64,000 bases of DNA. Origin: Utricularia gibba. Taxonomy: Eukaryota; Plantae; Magnoliophyta. Below the pieces are notes generated by a model that saw nothing but the letters and a program-made list of their open reading frames with translations, made no database searches and was not told the DNA's origin. The stretch is taken from contig NEEC01000004.1 in assembly GCA_002189035.1 (NCBI GenBank), positions 1,922,001 through 1,986,000 of the forward strand, written 5' to 3'. The translations under genes and the position numbers were made by a program. Positions 1 through 13,749 of the stretch are shown here, in pieces; position 1 is the stretch's first letter; each line of letters starts with the position of its first letter.

Positions 1-1586
1 AATGGAGATTAGAGAACATTTCCTGATTGACTAATTGTGTTTGGCCACCAGCGGCATGAATGAGAATGAGGGTGGCTAGGTGTGGAATTAAGCCCATGGA
101 ATGAGCGAATGAAGTATCCAGAAAAATGTTGGTGCTGCCATTGTCAATAAGGATTAAAAAATCTCTGTTATTAAGACACCCATAGAGCCGAAAATGATTA
201 TCAGTGGTTTCCCTAGTGATAGCATGCATGGAGATGGTTTATGCAAGAGGTAATGGGGAATTAGTGAGGGGAAGAGGAGGTTAATCTAATGGAAGGTCAT
301 CCTCATCAACAAAAAGGAGAAAGATTTGTCGTGTTGACCAATGATCTTGAAAAAAGAGGACACCACATTTGATACAAAGATTTTTCTCAAGATGGTCACA
401 TACGAGATCATCAGTGATATGAGTTTTTTGAGAGTGAGAGGTGGGGCGGGAGAAAGGGTGGTTTTTGGTGGGGAATCGAAGGAAGAAGGGAGGAGCCAGG
501 TTGGTGGTCTATGGAAGAACGATGGGACTCAAGCTCCATATCCTTGATTTTGATGAAAAGGATAATTTCGGGTTCAGTTTTCAATTGCGCAAGTAAGATG
601 ACTGCCTTGAGTTCCTTCTGCAAGCCACTAATTAATATAGTTGGGAGATTGATAGAAGAAAAAGAGGGGTCGAGATTGGTAATTTGCAAAAGAAGAATTT
701 CATAGCATTCAATGTAATCGGTCAGAGTACCAGTTTGAGAGATTTTCATAAATTCAGCAAGGATTCGCATAGGGTCCAAATCATCAAAATATTGCAGGTT
801 GGCTAAAGAAAATTCCTCCCAAGTGGAGGAGGGGTGAGGTGTTTTATAACTTTCTAACCAAGCGTTTATAGCCCCAGAGAATATCAAACTAGCATAAGAT
901 AACCAAGATGAGCGTGAGATTTGTGACATGAGGTGAAAATATTGGGTGATCTTACATAGCTAGACTCGTGGGTTTATGCCATTGAAGGTGGAAAGGTCCA
1001 ATTTGAGGCAAGTGGTGGTGGGTGGGTGGGATTGAGGTGAAATGATTGGTGGGTGGGTGAGAAAATAAATAGGAAACAAGTGGGTTGAAAAGTTGTGAGG
1101 GTGGGCCTAAGACAGAGTTTCCAGGTATGGATGAAGGAGCTTCATGTGAGGGGAGAGTGGAGAGTTCCTTGCGAATGGTGTCCTTTAGAGTGAATGTAAT
1201 GGCTTGTAGAGAGTTAGCAACCTGCTGTTCGAATTTTTTAAATGAAGATTTAGTAGTCTAGAAAAGGGATTGAAGCTGTTGATTTTGCACTTGTTGGGAG
1301 ATTTTAGTTTCCTTTAATGAGTCTCTTAATACTTATTGATTTACTTCTAAGATAGATAAATGGGTTGCTGAGCTTCAATAGAGTTACGAAAATCCAATTG
1401 TGAGGTAAGAAGTTGCTGCAATTGATGCTTGAGACCCTCGTCGCTAGAGTTGGGAGCTATATCAGCAAAATCAAAGAGGTTATCATATGGAAAAGTTTCA
1501 TCCATAGCAATGCTTAGAGGAGAGAACTTATTACGTCTCCTTTCATGACCATTTCTTCTAGGACCCAGCATGCTCTAATACCAATT
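1..1586 (-). mobile_element. Ty3/gypsy LTR retrotransposon 5' internal region (degenerate gag, zinc knuckle, aspartic protease), continuing off the left edge
   Basis: Minus-strand translations: KLDLSTFNG (~980-1010), a retrotransposon-gag-like ORF at 411-929 (STWEEF...KISQTGTLTDYIECYE), a KNLCIKCG knuckle (~390) and a protease-like motif IDNGSTNIF (122-148). Stops and frameshifts are present. Confidence 0.8.
1571..1583 (-). other. Primer-binding site (tRNA-iMet type) next to the 5' LTR end at 1587
   Basis: Minus strand reads ...TTACA-aat-TGGTATTAGAGCA, one mismatch from the canonical TGGTATCAGAGC. Confidence 0.7.
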
Positions 1587-2831
1587 TGTAATGTTCAGTA
1601 GGAGTGAGAAGGAGAAATCCGGATGAAGAGTATAGATGAAGTGAAAGAAGGAGAATACAAAATTTCATTCATGCCCAAAAGGTGTTACATAGGTGGGTAT
1701 TTATGACCCATACATAGTCAACAGCTATCTTCTTAAAATGAATCAGCATGCAAAGAGGCTAAGGGGATGAACATGGAGGGGCTATGAAGAACCACTCTAC
1801 TCGGCTATCTGCATGCAAGGAATCAGTCGGATGCAAACACGGCGTGCAACTCTTGGTGAAGGCATACCGAGCTCTTGAGCAAACCTCGAGAGTGCTCGTG
1901 GGAGAGACTCGCTTGAGCTAGCGTTGGATGCTAGGTGGAGTGTGGTCGCAAGCCCAAGTAGTGGTGGAGAATGACCCAAGGGCATAAGAAGGGTAAGAGG
2001 GTCAGCTCTCCATATACTTAGCCTGTCAGATGAAGAGTTAGGAAGAAAAAAAGGCTTAGAGACCCAAAAGTCATGAGTGTTATATAAAAGAAAAGCATGG
2101 TGGCAAATTGAGGGTTTGAGAACTTAGAGAAGAAGTGCCACCATGGCAAGATACGGAAGAAGAATGCTATGTTTTGAGAGAAGGGCAAGGAGCCAAATGA
2201 AGGTAAGGGAAGCATGAACAGAAATGCATGAGTAAGGGTCGAAGGACCGTAAGATGATGAGCCCTAAGGGGTGGGGTCGGACCCTTGGCCGAGTTATCTC
2301 CGATAGCAATCCAACATGAGTTTGGAGGTATAGCTTGCCATGAGCTCCAACGGGAGCGGGATTGTCATGGATCAACATGGCTACGATCTCTCCTGATGGC
2401 AATGTGATGTGACATGACAGGATGCATGCCTTTTGTGGCCTACGCATCCTTATGATATGTGATGATGCTATGCGTATGATATATTGATAGTATGTAGTGT
2501 GATCTACTTATGCATATATTAACCCCTTATGAATTTAGGTGACGATTCTAGTCGTGGTGGAGGGGTCAAGGAGCTGGCGGAGTGAACCTAGAGGACCAAG
2601 GGGACTGGGGAATAGAAAGCTGCTGCCTTGCTTGTGGTTTCCCTTTTGTTTGATGTAATATTCATGAATTATGTTTGAACGGTTTTTTCATATTTATGAA
2701 TAAGATATTTCTCATTAGTCTTGTATGTATATGGGTTAAATGGATCAAAACCAAAGCCAACTAGGAGATCGGTGATGTTTCTAGGTGGGGTAACGGCCAT
2801 GGTGACTAGGCCGCCTACTCGGGTTGTTATA
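1587..2831. mobile_element. LTR sequence: the 5' LTR of the left gypsy element, probably joined to a Tekay/Del-like LTR fragment
   Basis: Starts TGTAATG next to the PBS and ends in GGGTTGTTATA (degenerate GGGTGTTACA terminus). No convincing ORF. Internal boundary unresolved. Confidence 0.4.
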
Positions 2832-3177
2832 TATAAAATTCATTGAAATTTGGATTTTAATACATGGTTTTAATTTTTTTTTATTTTTTAATGCTATAAC
2901 CTCAATTGGCTTATATATTCATAAGTGTTATTATTATTTTATTTAAATATGTGTGCTATTTTTTAATCTTTTTTTGAATCATGTATAGAATTGTTTAGCC
3001 AATATTTATCACATAGTCATGTTCATAGGTCTACTAGGATCTGAGCCATAAATGACTCATGGAATTTTTCAAGGATCCAGACCCAAAACTGGAACCACAG
3101 TTTTTGCATGATTTTGGTTCGGTTCCAGTTCAGTTTCGGATAGAACCATAAAATCTGAATTAACTCTAGCAATGGAA

Positions 3178-3523
3178 TGTTGGAAGTGGGAGATGGAAGG
3201 GATTTTTGATGAATGAAAGATAGAGTATTGGGAAGTAACAAAAAGGTAATGCTTATGAGATCACCTTTGATGAAAAACGACTCATGAACAATAAGAATGA
3301 TCGAAAACCTAATTGACACGCATTCCTAGTAGGGTTTATATATACCCACGTAGGTTACCCAACAGTGGGCCACAATCATTGAAAACACACAAAAAGCCCA
3401 ACAACTCGAATCCAACACTTCCATGCTCGAACCCAACACCTTTTTATCTGAAATATGACATTATGGCACAAGATTAGTGCTTCCAATCACCTTCAAGCTT
3501 TGGATTGAGGCTGATCTCCAATA
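3178..3523 (-). repeat. Copia 3' LTR (346 bp)
   Basis: 3327-3523 aligns to 6703-6902 with about 6 substitutions and one small indel. Adjacent to the PPT. Confidence 0.85.
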
Positions 3524-6500
3524 CTCCCCCCCAGACCGAGATCTCCCAACTTGAGAAAGTCTTTCATAGTCATGAGATTCATGTTCTTCCTTGCTAGCTC
3601 AAACTGAACTCTATTCAAACCTTTGGTGAGCCCATCAGCAAGTTGATTCCCACTCTCAACGTACTGCACTTTAATCTTTTTCTCCTTGATGTAATTCCTT
3701 ATGACATGATACTTGATTCTTATGTGTTTGGCTTTGTTGAAGTTCGTCGGATCCTTGGCAATGGAGATTGCAGCTCGATTATCCATAAGCAGATGTGTAG
3801 CTTCCTTTTGTATGAATCCAAGTTTGTTTAACATCTGCCTCAACCAAACACAATAGTTCAAAGCATGTGCTGCTGAGATGTATTCTGCTTCAGCTGTTGA
3901 TTGTGCTTCCACTTTTTGTTTCTTCGAAAACCAGACTATAGGGGTCTTATTTAAAAAGACTCTTGCTATCTTCAGCCATCCCATAATAACTATCTGAGTA
4001 GACTCTAAGTTTCAAGACTGGTTTTTCACCTTCATAGGGATGGAACAATCCGAAATCAGTAGTAGATTTTATGTACTTGAAAGCTCTTTTCACAGCTGCC
4101 ATGTGAGTTTTTGTTGGTTTGTTGAGGAAGCGAGATAAGACATTTACACAAAAACACAAGTCAGGCCTTGTATGCTAGAGATAAATGAGGCTTCCAATCA
4201 TACTTCTATAAGTAGTGGCATCCACATTCTTTCCCTGATTGTTCATCTTCTTTTCCTTTAACATATAGTGAGTAATCACTATATGTTTTTCTGAAACCAA
4301 TACCCTGAAGAAAGTTATCCATGCGTTCATTCCATGTTCTAGGAGCTTGCTTCAACCCATGGAGAGATTTCTTTAACTTCAATACCTTGTCTTCATGACC
4401 TGACACTTCGAAGCCCTTTGGTTGTTCAACAAAAACAACCTCCTCCAACACACCATTCAAGAACGCAGTCTTGACATCCATGTGATGCACTTTCCATCCA
4501 TGGGCAGCTGAAATGGCAAGAAGTACTTTAATCGTGTCAAATCTTGCTATTGGTGCAAAAATCTCATGAAAATTTATTCCTTTGATCTGACTATATCCCT
4601 TGGCTACTAATCTAGCTTTATATTTGTTGATAGAACCATCTGCATTCATTTTGGTTTTGAATAACCACTTGAGGCCAATAGGTTTGAAACCCCTATCCTT
4701 GGGTTTATCAACTAACTCCCATGTTTCATTTTCAAAGTATAGAATTCATTTCTTCCTTCATGGCCTCTCTCCATTTCGGATTTTGTACAGCCACTTCAAA
4801 TGATGTTGGATCTCCTGTCAATAATCCAGTCAAAATATCAGCTACAGCATCTTGGACATCATCATTCAACTTGGAGAAACTTATTGTAGAAGCCTTGTTT
4901 CTTTTGCTTATTCTAATGTTAGTAACATGACTATCTTCATTATCTATTGAATCTCTGATGTTTTTGTGTTTCCTTCTTTGCCAATCACGATCAGATGAGT
5001 AATAATCTCATCAGTATCAGGTTCCTCTCCATCAGATTCATCTGTTGATGAGTCTTCTGCATTCATGCCTTGCTCCTCTTCTGGGATTTCGAAATTCCCA
5101 TCTGAATGTTGATCATTAGCCTGATGAGATTGTCCATATAGGGGTTCAGAGTTTGATTTTGAATTCTCATTGGACGAGCCATCTTGATTTGTGACCTTCT
5201 CCTCCTCTGGAGCTGGAAAATTGTCATCTGAATGCTGATCATTTACTTGATTTGAATCTTCATGAACGAGTTCTGAAGTTTCTTGGTTTGTTGAATTCCT
5301 GGAAGAGAAGTTTTGAGGCATGTGTGTCCAGAGGTCTCCTTTTCCATGGGTGTTATGCCTTCCATGACTTTTATAAGCTTCTGCATCATTCAGAGAAATG
5401 CAATCATCAATTGAAGTATACCTTGCACCTTCATCAAAAGTGACATCATGGCTGAAGATAAATTTCTTCTGTTGAGGTAGATAAACTTTATATCCCTTGG
5501 TAGTGTTGCTATAACCAACAAATACACCAAATACAGATTTCTTATCAAGTTTTCCTCGTTTTTGGTTTGGTACATGAGTAAAACACAGACTACCAAAGAT
5601 TCTGAGATGATCAACCTTTTTAATATAACCATGCCATTTTTCATGGGCAGTTTTTCCACTAATCGCCTTTGAGGGAAGCAAGTTCAATAGATATACAGAT
5701 GTAGATACCGCTTCAGCCCAGAAATTCACAAGAAGATCTTTCTCAAACAATAGGCATCTTGACATATCAAGGATTGTTCTGTTTCTCCTTTCACATATAC
5801 CATTCTGTTGTGGAGAATATGGTACGGTGAATTGATGCATGATTCCCTCATTTTCACAGAACATTCTCATGCTATTATTGTAGAATTCACCTCCATTGTC
5901 TGATCTAATCATCTTCAAAGAGCATCCATTTTGATTCTCAATCATCACTTTGAATTTTCGAAAGATATGAGGAACTTTTGACTTGCTTTTAAGAAAGTAA
6001 ACCTAACAATAACGTGAATAATCATCAATGAATGTAACAAAATATCTACTCCCCCCTAATGAACATTCCTTAAATGGTCCACAAACATCTGTATGCACAA
6101 GCTCTAATTTCTCCTTTACTACTGAATCATTGGAATAAAAGGGCTTTCTACACTGTTTACCTTGATGGCACACTTCACATATGGCATCGGCAAACTTGAT
6201 GTCTTTCAATTCCAGTACTTCCGTATTCTTTTGCAATATTTTCAGATTGTTGTGCCCAAAACGTTTGTGCCAAAGGCTACTTTGATCCTGAAGTGAGAAA
6301 ATACAACTTTTATGATCACTGACCATGATTTGGTAAAGGTTGTAGGTGGTCAACACAACATCAAATTCAATCTTTGTTGATTGACACTCTGCAATATCAT
6401 CAAACAGATGTTCAGAGATGGCTTGATACAAGGCATCCATTGCTTCATCTTTTCTCTGTTGAAGATACTCAGCTTCCTCTTGTTGTTCTGATGTGGATTT

Positions 6501-6702
6501 GCTTGTTATTGCAATAGCCGGAATCTTCCTTTCGACAACATCCCAAATCTTTCTGACCCGAAGGTAGCTACACATCTTTTTGGCCCAGCTTCCATACTCA
6601 GAACCATCAAATATTGGAGGTCCTCTACCAGATGCCATCATAGCCACCGTTTGACAAGCTTTGGCTTGATACTTGGTAATCCACTAAGTAAAAAACGCTG
6701 AA

Positions 6703-6902
6703 TAGTAGGGTTTATATATACCCAATACCTAGGTTACCTAATAGTGGGCCACAATCATTGAAAACACACAAAAAGCCCAACAACTCGAATCCAACACTTC
6801 CATACTCGAACCCAACACCTTTTTATCTGAAATATGACATTATGGCACAAGATTAGTGATTCTAATCACCTTCAAGCTTTGGATTGAGGCTGATCTCCAA
6901 CA
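6703..6902 (-). repeat. Copia 5' LTR, truncated on the PBS side
   Basis: Direct repeat of 3327-3523. The part matching 3178-3326 is missing. Confidence 0.85.
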
Positions 6903-7899
6903 GGGATGAGGCCTAGCCATGTAAATGACCCCCATTCCCTAAAGCCCAATTACCAATTTATCATTACCTTGATTAATATATTTATCAAAATTAATATAAT
7001 ATTAATATCATATTAAAAAATCTTTCAATTCTATGTTCGGTTTCGAGTCTATATCATAGATCTAGAACCAATCCAGGAACCATCAACTCCTAAAATTTAG
7101 GATCCATAACCGATTGAGAACTGGAACCATGGAATCACAATCACGAAAATTAGTTCGGTTCTGGTTCTGTTATGATTGGTTCCAGTTCTTTGAGCAAGCC
7201 TACCACTCAATGGGTTTGTATGGTACATCAAAAAGGGTAGTCACATGCTTAGAAAATAGTCTTTTCCTTTAATCTCATTTTTATTCATTCATTTTTTAGC
7301 ATTATCTTGATATGTTTTTCAAAAAATGATTTTTGTAAATGCAATGTTGAAACGATCAACATTGTAAATTTAAAATTAGATACTCTCCTTTTTCTTTTTT
7401 GGGTTGCCCATGCGTAAGCATGGATTCATGGAGGAAGGGGCTTTTCACCAACTCCCCAAGGAATCTAGCCCCGATAGGCCCAAGTAATGTCATTCAACCA
7501 CAGGATCACATGATGGATGTCGAGATAAGAGTACTCTTGCTAGGGTGGGTCCCATTCTACTCTGTTTTTATTATAGTTTCCATTTGCAAAGTTGCTGACC
7601 TAGTTGGGTATGTGGCAGCAGCTCTTCCTCTCATCATATCTATTTTCCTTTTATATTGAATACATGTTTGGTTGGACAGTTTAGGTGGGTTTCCATATGG
7701 GTTTTTGGATAAACCCGCATTTTGTTCATGGGTTTCAAACAGGTGAAAATATATCCACCTGTTGTCTATACATTTGACGGGAACCCACCAGGTTGGGTTT
7801 AATTAAACCGATGGGTGTTGGTCAGTTTAGGTAAACAAGGGTTCTAACTTCCAATTCTACCCTCCCCCTCATGTAAATTTGAATGCATATCTACTAGGA

Positions 7900-8338
7900 A
7901 CCAAACGCAACCATTGCAAACTGTTTGCATTGTTTCTTACGTACACTTTGGGCTAGAGAAGTGGGTCTTTCGGTACGTGTGTATGTCGCGATAAGAAAAT
8001 CCAGCACGCATCAGCCAGAAGTGTGATCAAGCGAGATTGGAGCTTAATAAAGATGCGGTGAGGTATACTATCATTGGCTAGCTGCTATTCACTAGGTATG
8101 TAGAATTGGATAATATTGGCATGTGCTTTGCTCCACAACCTCATTTGAAAAGAGATGGTAGTGGATCCTCTTGAGGAGGAGGTGCCATTGGACTTTCAGA
8201 ATGAAGTCGGGGAAATGAGTGACATAGAAGACATCACAACTTCTATCAATGCAAGTCAAGTATGGAATAGGTTGCATGACAACCAAGTTAAGATGATGTA
8301 CATCAAGTGGCTCGCAACCTACAGACACCGTTAATGTA
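7900..8338 (+). pseudogene. PIF/Harbinger DDE transposase C-terminal remnant
   Basis: Reads HASARSVIKRDWSLIKMR*GIL...NWIILACALLHNLI*KEMVVDPLEEE...VWNRLHDN, matching the HSSARNVIER.FG.LK.RW.IL...II.AC..LHN consensus. Internal stops. Confidence 0.75.
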
Positions 8339-9139
8339 GGCTTGCTTTGAATTGGAAAATGTAGTGACTTTTGTATTGGATTTTTTATGTGAATCTTGTA
8401 TGCATTAGAAAAAATGACCAAGCACTACATACATGCATATCCATTGTAGAGTCATACTTGCAAGAGGTGTACGTTCACATGAACACCACTACTCATGGTA
8501 ACCAGTGATTGCATCTAATAGTGGTCGGATTCTACCACTCTAGTGCATGTTATCATGGGATAAAAAGTTATTACATAGACGACCATTGGACCAACAATCG
8601 CAAGGTGTAAATGAGGTGCTCCGAAAAGCTTGTGGGACACTAAGAATAAATGCTCTGGGTGGTTGTTACCAAGGGATAAAAGGTATTATATGGAGGATCA
8701 TTGAACCAAGCATTGGGATCCATAAAATCATGTGCTTCGAAAACCTTGTGAGAGACTATGCACATACCATCATCGTGTGTTGCGTTGTCCAATATTCTAT
8801 TTTTTAATAAGAAATGAGTTTAATGGTAAAGTTATCCAACATTGAATGTGCTAGACAGTTGTTAACTATAGTGAGTTATTAATTCCCCTCTATGCACAAT
8901 AATAATTGCTGACATTTCATGCTTTTCAAAACGACTTCATTAATCACACCCTTACATCTCCTTCCTTCTGACATACGTCAGTAGTACCATATACACGGGA
9001 TTCCGTCTATGACCCTTCATTGTCATTCAGAGAGCTATACGATAGTAGGTAGAACAATACATGGCCTTATTCGTATGCATTTCAGAATCTTCCTTTGTTT
9101 TGGTAGGTTGATTTCCATTTTTTTGTAGATGTTGACGTG

Positions 9140-10020
9140 TAAAAAACTATATGCCCACTTCTCAATTCCCGACGATTACTGAATGTAGGATAAATTACCC
9201 AACAAAACGTCCGACTCCAAACCACTCGCCAGAGTTGGGGCTATGGGATTTGCCATCACCACTGAGCACTTTCAGTGTGGGTTGTGGCTGCCACCACCTC
9301 CTTTATTGGTGCAGATACTTGCTGCACTCAAGATCCCACTCTCGCACTTGACTCTTTGTTCTGTAGCGCACATTCTCGCTTTTTGCAGATTTTCCAAGAG
9401 GAGGATATACCTCCGAAAATGCATGTCTTCTTTGCAGTCTTTGTGTATATACAACGTAAGGGAAGCCCCCACTATTCTCTATATGATAAACCCGACATGG
9501 TTCTCATCACAGACATTAAAAGCATATATGATAATTGGTGGACTAGTTTCGTAGGGGCATGCCCTCCAAACAATTCAGAATGTTTGACAAGATTGACGAT
9601 TTCAGAGAATGTTGGAGAGCTATCAAGTAATCACATGCACGTGCTTTATTATTCTAAATCAGTGTGCATCATATGGCATAATGTTTTTCTCATGATGTTG
9701 TAGGTATGGAGGTCTTACCAAAGCATGCAGCAAAGAAGTTTTTGAATTTGTTCTTTAATAGAATAAAGTCACTCGAGGACATCTTGCCACCTTTTGTGAA
9801 TACCTCTAGAACACATCTATGCTGTGGAATCCCTCGGCATTGTAGACAATGTAAAATACTGAACAATGATGCGGATGACGTAGTTCATGAAGAGTGTGAA
9901 AATGTGCAGCCAGACAACATCAGTAATTCACCAAAGACAATTTTGACACTAGATGATGGGTGTAGAGCTGCCATTGCAAAGTACACTGAGTTGGGGGAAA
10001 TTGTACGTAAAGAATCTTGA
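9140..10020 (+). mobile_element. Gypsy-associated putative transposase (PF04195-like) accessory ORF remnant
   Basis: LYAHFSIPDDY...FAITTEHFQCGLWLPPPPLLVQILAALKIPLSHL resembles the EHF..GLRLP..P motif. Related pieces at 40720-41150 and 46774-46968. Confidence 0.55.
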
Positions 10021-10681
10021 ACTATGTGGATGACTTGCTTAATATGAGTATTGGTGGCCATACGATGAACATGCAAGCAATGAAGCACTCCCCCTCCCTC
10101 AACAAAAGTTATTAATATTCAATATAAACGGTGCACTCGCAGACATCGTGTATCCTTGGGATGTTATGTGGGGGAACTTTGAGGCCAGATGATGTCATCT
10201 ATGGAAAAAATGGTAATGCATTATATTCAAGTGTGGCCATCCATCTTGATAAGATTGTCTCAAGTTTGATATCAATTTTATATTAGTGTGTTTCAATTGT
10301 GTTTCTATTAAGGTGTATCTCCGATAAGGAGCGCGAGATTTGATATAGTTTCGAGTGTGGTCATCCATCCTGATGTGGCCATGCATCACATGTTTGATAA
10401 TGGTATACTTTCATCAGACAACCCAAGAATGCCATATTCCCGACCATCTACAAGTACACCTAGGTCAATAATTGTTCCTTGGTTTGAGGGGGTGATATCA
10501 GGATATTACTAGAAGCGCTCATTGATCAGATAGATGTCCCCACGTTCATCGATCGTCAACAAGTAAGTCAACGTCCAATAAACAAGAAGCACCTGTTGTG
10601 GAAGCACTACAAGGTTATTGTTTGATAGACGATGTTGCTTTAATTTGCATTGATATCGCTTGAATTATGGTATTCTAAGTT

Positions 10682-13600
10682 TGTTGTTACTTCGAACAAC
10701 TAATGCAAATGCACTGCATATCTTAAGATCCGATGCCACAATTAACCACTACACAGAGTATATAAATGGAAATTCCTAATATCGTTGCAAATAAAAATAG
10801 AAAATCCGTATCAAATAAATTTATAATCCCTAATCTATACAAAATACAAATTTGGAAAACTTGTATAGTGGATATCGGGGTCGATCACGAAGAGCTTGTG
10901 CTTGCTAAGTGTTTTAGTACATGCATAATTTCGGATAACAGTAGGTCTTAGTCTAAGCTCGGACTAACAGTGGTAAACAAGTTTCTACGTTTAGGTAACA
11001 GGTACTGGTTTTGACTCAAACTAATACGAGGACGTCTTAAGGGTCTGCGGGTGGTGTTATGCTAAACTTCCTAATTCAATTTATTATCTTCCTACACTCA
11101 CAACTTCAAATAACCTAAGTTTACCTAGGTCATTCATCATATTTTTGGCTTAAGCTAGTCCCCAATGTCATAACCCACATTGCAATTAGGTCTACTCGCA
11201 TGCAAGGCATATAGAACTAGGTCTACCCGGTTCTACTGGTTCTATCTTGGACTAACACATACTGCTCCCGTCTTGGTTTGTTGGTCTACCTCTAAACCAA
11301 GCATCTAAATTGTGAAACTACTTGCTTCCCTCCTTAGGTCTACCCATGGTTTGTAAGAAACAAGAGTTAAGGAATACACATAAATTTCATCATCAAACCT
11401 AAGCACACACCACACCACTTCACCTTAAGGCATCCCTAAGACTCTAGCCACTCATGCTTGGGAAATAAAACACGATTTCATTCATGTAAGTTGACCAAAA
11501 TGGCAGAAACATTGTAAATAAGTCAAATGCAGAAACTCTAAATGTTCAGAAAACGAAAAGTAGATAAAGATTGTTCTTCCGCTCGTTAGCTACTGTTCAA
11601 CGCTCGGAACAGTAGCGCTGGACTCGGCTCCGGTGCTACTCTTGGTGATGAAGGCCTTCCTTCCCCCCTCCTGGTTTTTGTTTTTCCCATTGGGGAAGAA
11701 GACCCCCTTTTGCGTCCCCCTTGCTATCTTTTTCCCTAAACTTCCCGCTCTCCTTCTTTTTTCTAAATTAATTTCCTTTTCTTTTGCTTCACTCCATTGC
11801 ACTATTTCTAACTGCCACTACTGTTCTTGATCGCCAGTACTGCTCCTGGCCTGAACTTGCAAACTGAGGTGGCAGCAGAGCAATGCCCTTTGTCCTTCTT
11901 TGGATTTTGCGCCCTTTTTCGCTTGTTTTACACGCTTGCAAGTCTGATTTTCGGCTCATTCCCTGCTGAACTTACTGAAAAATCAGTAACAAGAGTTGTG
12001 GACTAAATCAAAGGATTTAGTCCACTTTTCAACATAATCACATATGATTAACATAAACACCACTAAAGCATGAAAAACCACATTTATCTAACCTAAAACA
12101 TAATAAAATATAACTATTTTGCATTATGAATTTCAGGAAAAATGTATGTCATCACATTATGCTACAACGACACGAGATTTGTCCCCAAGTCCTAGCTAAA
12201 ACTAACAGGAAACTAACTTCGTCAACGTCAATGATAAACAAAAACAACTTTGAAAAAATTCGGATGCATGAGCTATAGGAGTGCTGGTGTGCATGTCATG
12301 TATCACTCAATGTGCATGAATAAATTTCTCTTGGGGAGTGTTTTCGAATATTAATTCCTCAAGTTGATACGTTCAAAACCGCTTAGGACTAGGGTTGCCA
12401 ACTCTTTTCTTTCCTCTCTTTTTTTCTTCTTTTTTTTTTCAATAGTGAAGGGCAGCTCGTTCTGAATTGATCCGGGTATAATGTCATGGCCTTTCTTGTG
12501 AAAGAGTGTTTTTCAAGCACCCAAACCTTATAACTCCAGGCCTCCTTCTACTCCTCCGGATCAATCCATCCCTTCTTACCAATTCACCACTTATTGAATC
12601 CGCACATGCTTTTCTATTATGTGCTGCTTTTCATGACTTTGATCTCAACATTTTTTTTTGGTACTGCTTTTCTTTCTTTTTCTTCTTTTTTTTCTAAGCT
12701 GGCAACCTGTCCCAAAACAATTGTGAAGTTTATCAACTCAAGTGAAACTAATCTAGATCACACTTCCTAGGTTTCTCTAATCATGCACATGCTCTTATAA
12801 AATCAAAGGTAGAACATGCTCTCAGGTATATAGAAGGCATAGAAAGTTCATACATCCAAATCCTCTCATAGTTGCAATGTTCAATCATGTGGCCATTCAA
12901 ATTAGTTCACTAACTGGAAACAAAACAAACAAGCAAGTACTCGACTATTCCTAGCACAAACTAATAGACACATATACGAGCAGCATCCTAAGGAAAAGTA
13001 AAACTAAAAAGAAAAACGAAAATAAAACTACGCAAAATAAGTTCAGCAGCAGGTTACTTGTTCAGGGAGGAGTTTATCACTCCCTGTTTCAGTTCTTGCA
13101 CTTCACGAATTAAATCAGACATTTTCTCATTCAATTCTTTGATCATTTCCGGGCAGCAGCATCCTGTGTTGTTGTGCTTGGAGGTTGCAGGAGCAGGGGC
13201 ATTTGTGTTGCCTTCTTCAGGGATAGACTGTCTGCAAAGACCTGCCAAAGATCTAAAAACAAACCCACTTCCTTGGGCTTTGATTAGTCCAGCAACTTTT
13301 AATGAAACTTTTAATGAAATAAGCATCTAAAGGCACTGTCTTAGATTCAACATGAAAATATTCTAATTCAGACAGTTTTTCAATGCATAAAATATGAGCA
13401 AGATGCATAATAATGTTGCCAAAACTCAAATGTTGAATTTTCGTGCACCTATAGTCTCTAGTCATTTGTTCAGCAATCATGGCACCTAAGTTTAGAGAGC
13501 GTTTGTTCATAATGCACCACATAACAAATAATTCATGCTTATAAAGAGAATTAAATCCCACAGTTCGTCCAAAAAGAGTTGTGATGACAAGAATATGAAC

Positions 13601-13744
13601 ATAATGCATAACCGGATCAACAAATAAGTCAGTCTTAGTCCTTTTTGCCTTAAACTCTATAGCATGCTGGTCGGTCAGAATAGCATAAATTTCCTCAGCA
13701 TCAAATTCATCAGGGTAATCAAAAAGGGATGTTTTAGTCCCCAT
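10682..13744 (-). mobile_element. Athila-like remnant: accessory (env-like/plant transposon protein) ORF, 3' UTR and ~1.5-kb LTR (10682-12224)
   Basis: ORF 13253-13744 (MHYVHILVITTLFGR...ELFVMWCIMNKRSLNLGAMIAEQM). The LTR reads TGACG...AACA on minus and shares GTGTCGTTGTAGCATAAT with the LTR starting at 42251. No clean TSD. Confidence 0.6.
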
Positions 13745-13749
13745 CCCTA

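Larger units (their letters stand above)
3178..6902 (-). mobile_element. Ty1/copia retrotransposon, internally deleted and non-autonomous
   Basis: Copia order on minus: gag N-terminus fused to GAG-pre-integrase and integrase start (6003-6647: WHKRFGH, CEVCHQGKQ, LELVHTDVCGP), integrase (4944-5948), RT (4206-4649 YKARLVAKGYSQ; 3947-4159), RNase H (3493-3984 STAEAEYIS). PPT GGGGGGGAG at 3524-3532. Termini TGTTGGA...TCCAACA. TSD not clean (TGGAA vs GGGAT). Confidence 0.9.

Noticed and set aside
10100-10680. Possible plant-mobile-domain (PMD) or MULE/OTU remnant on the minus strand (also 8440-8800)
   Set aside because: Only faint motif resemblance across broken frames; cannot be supported without an HMM search.
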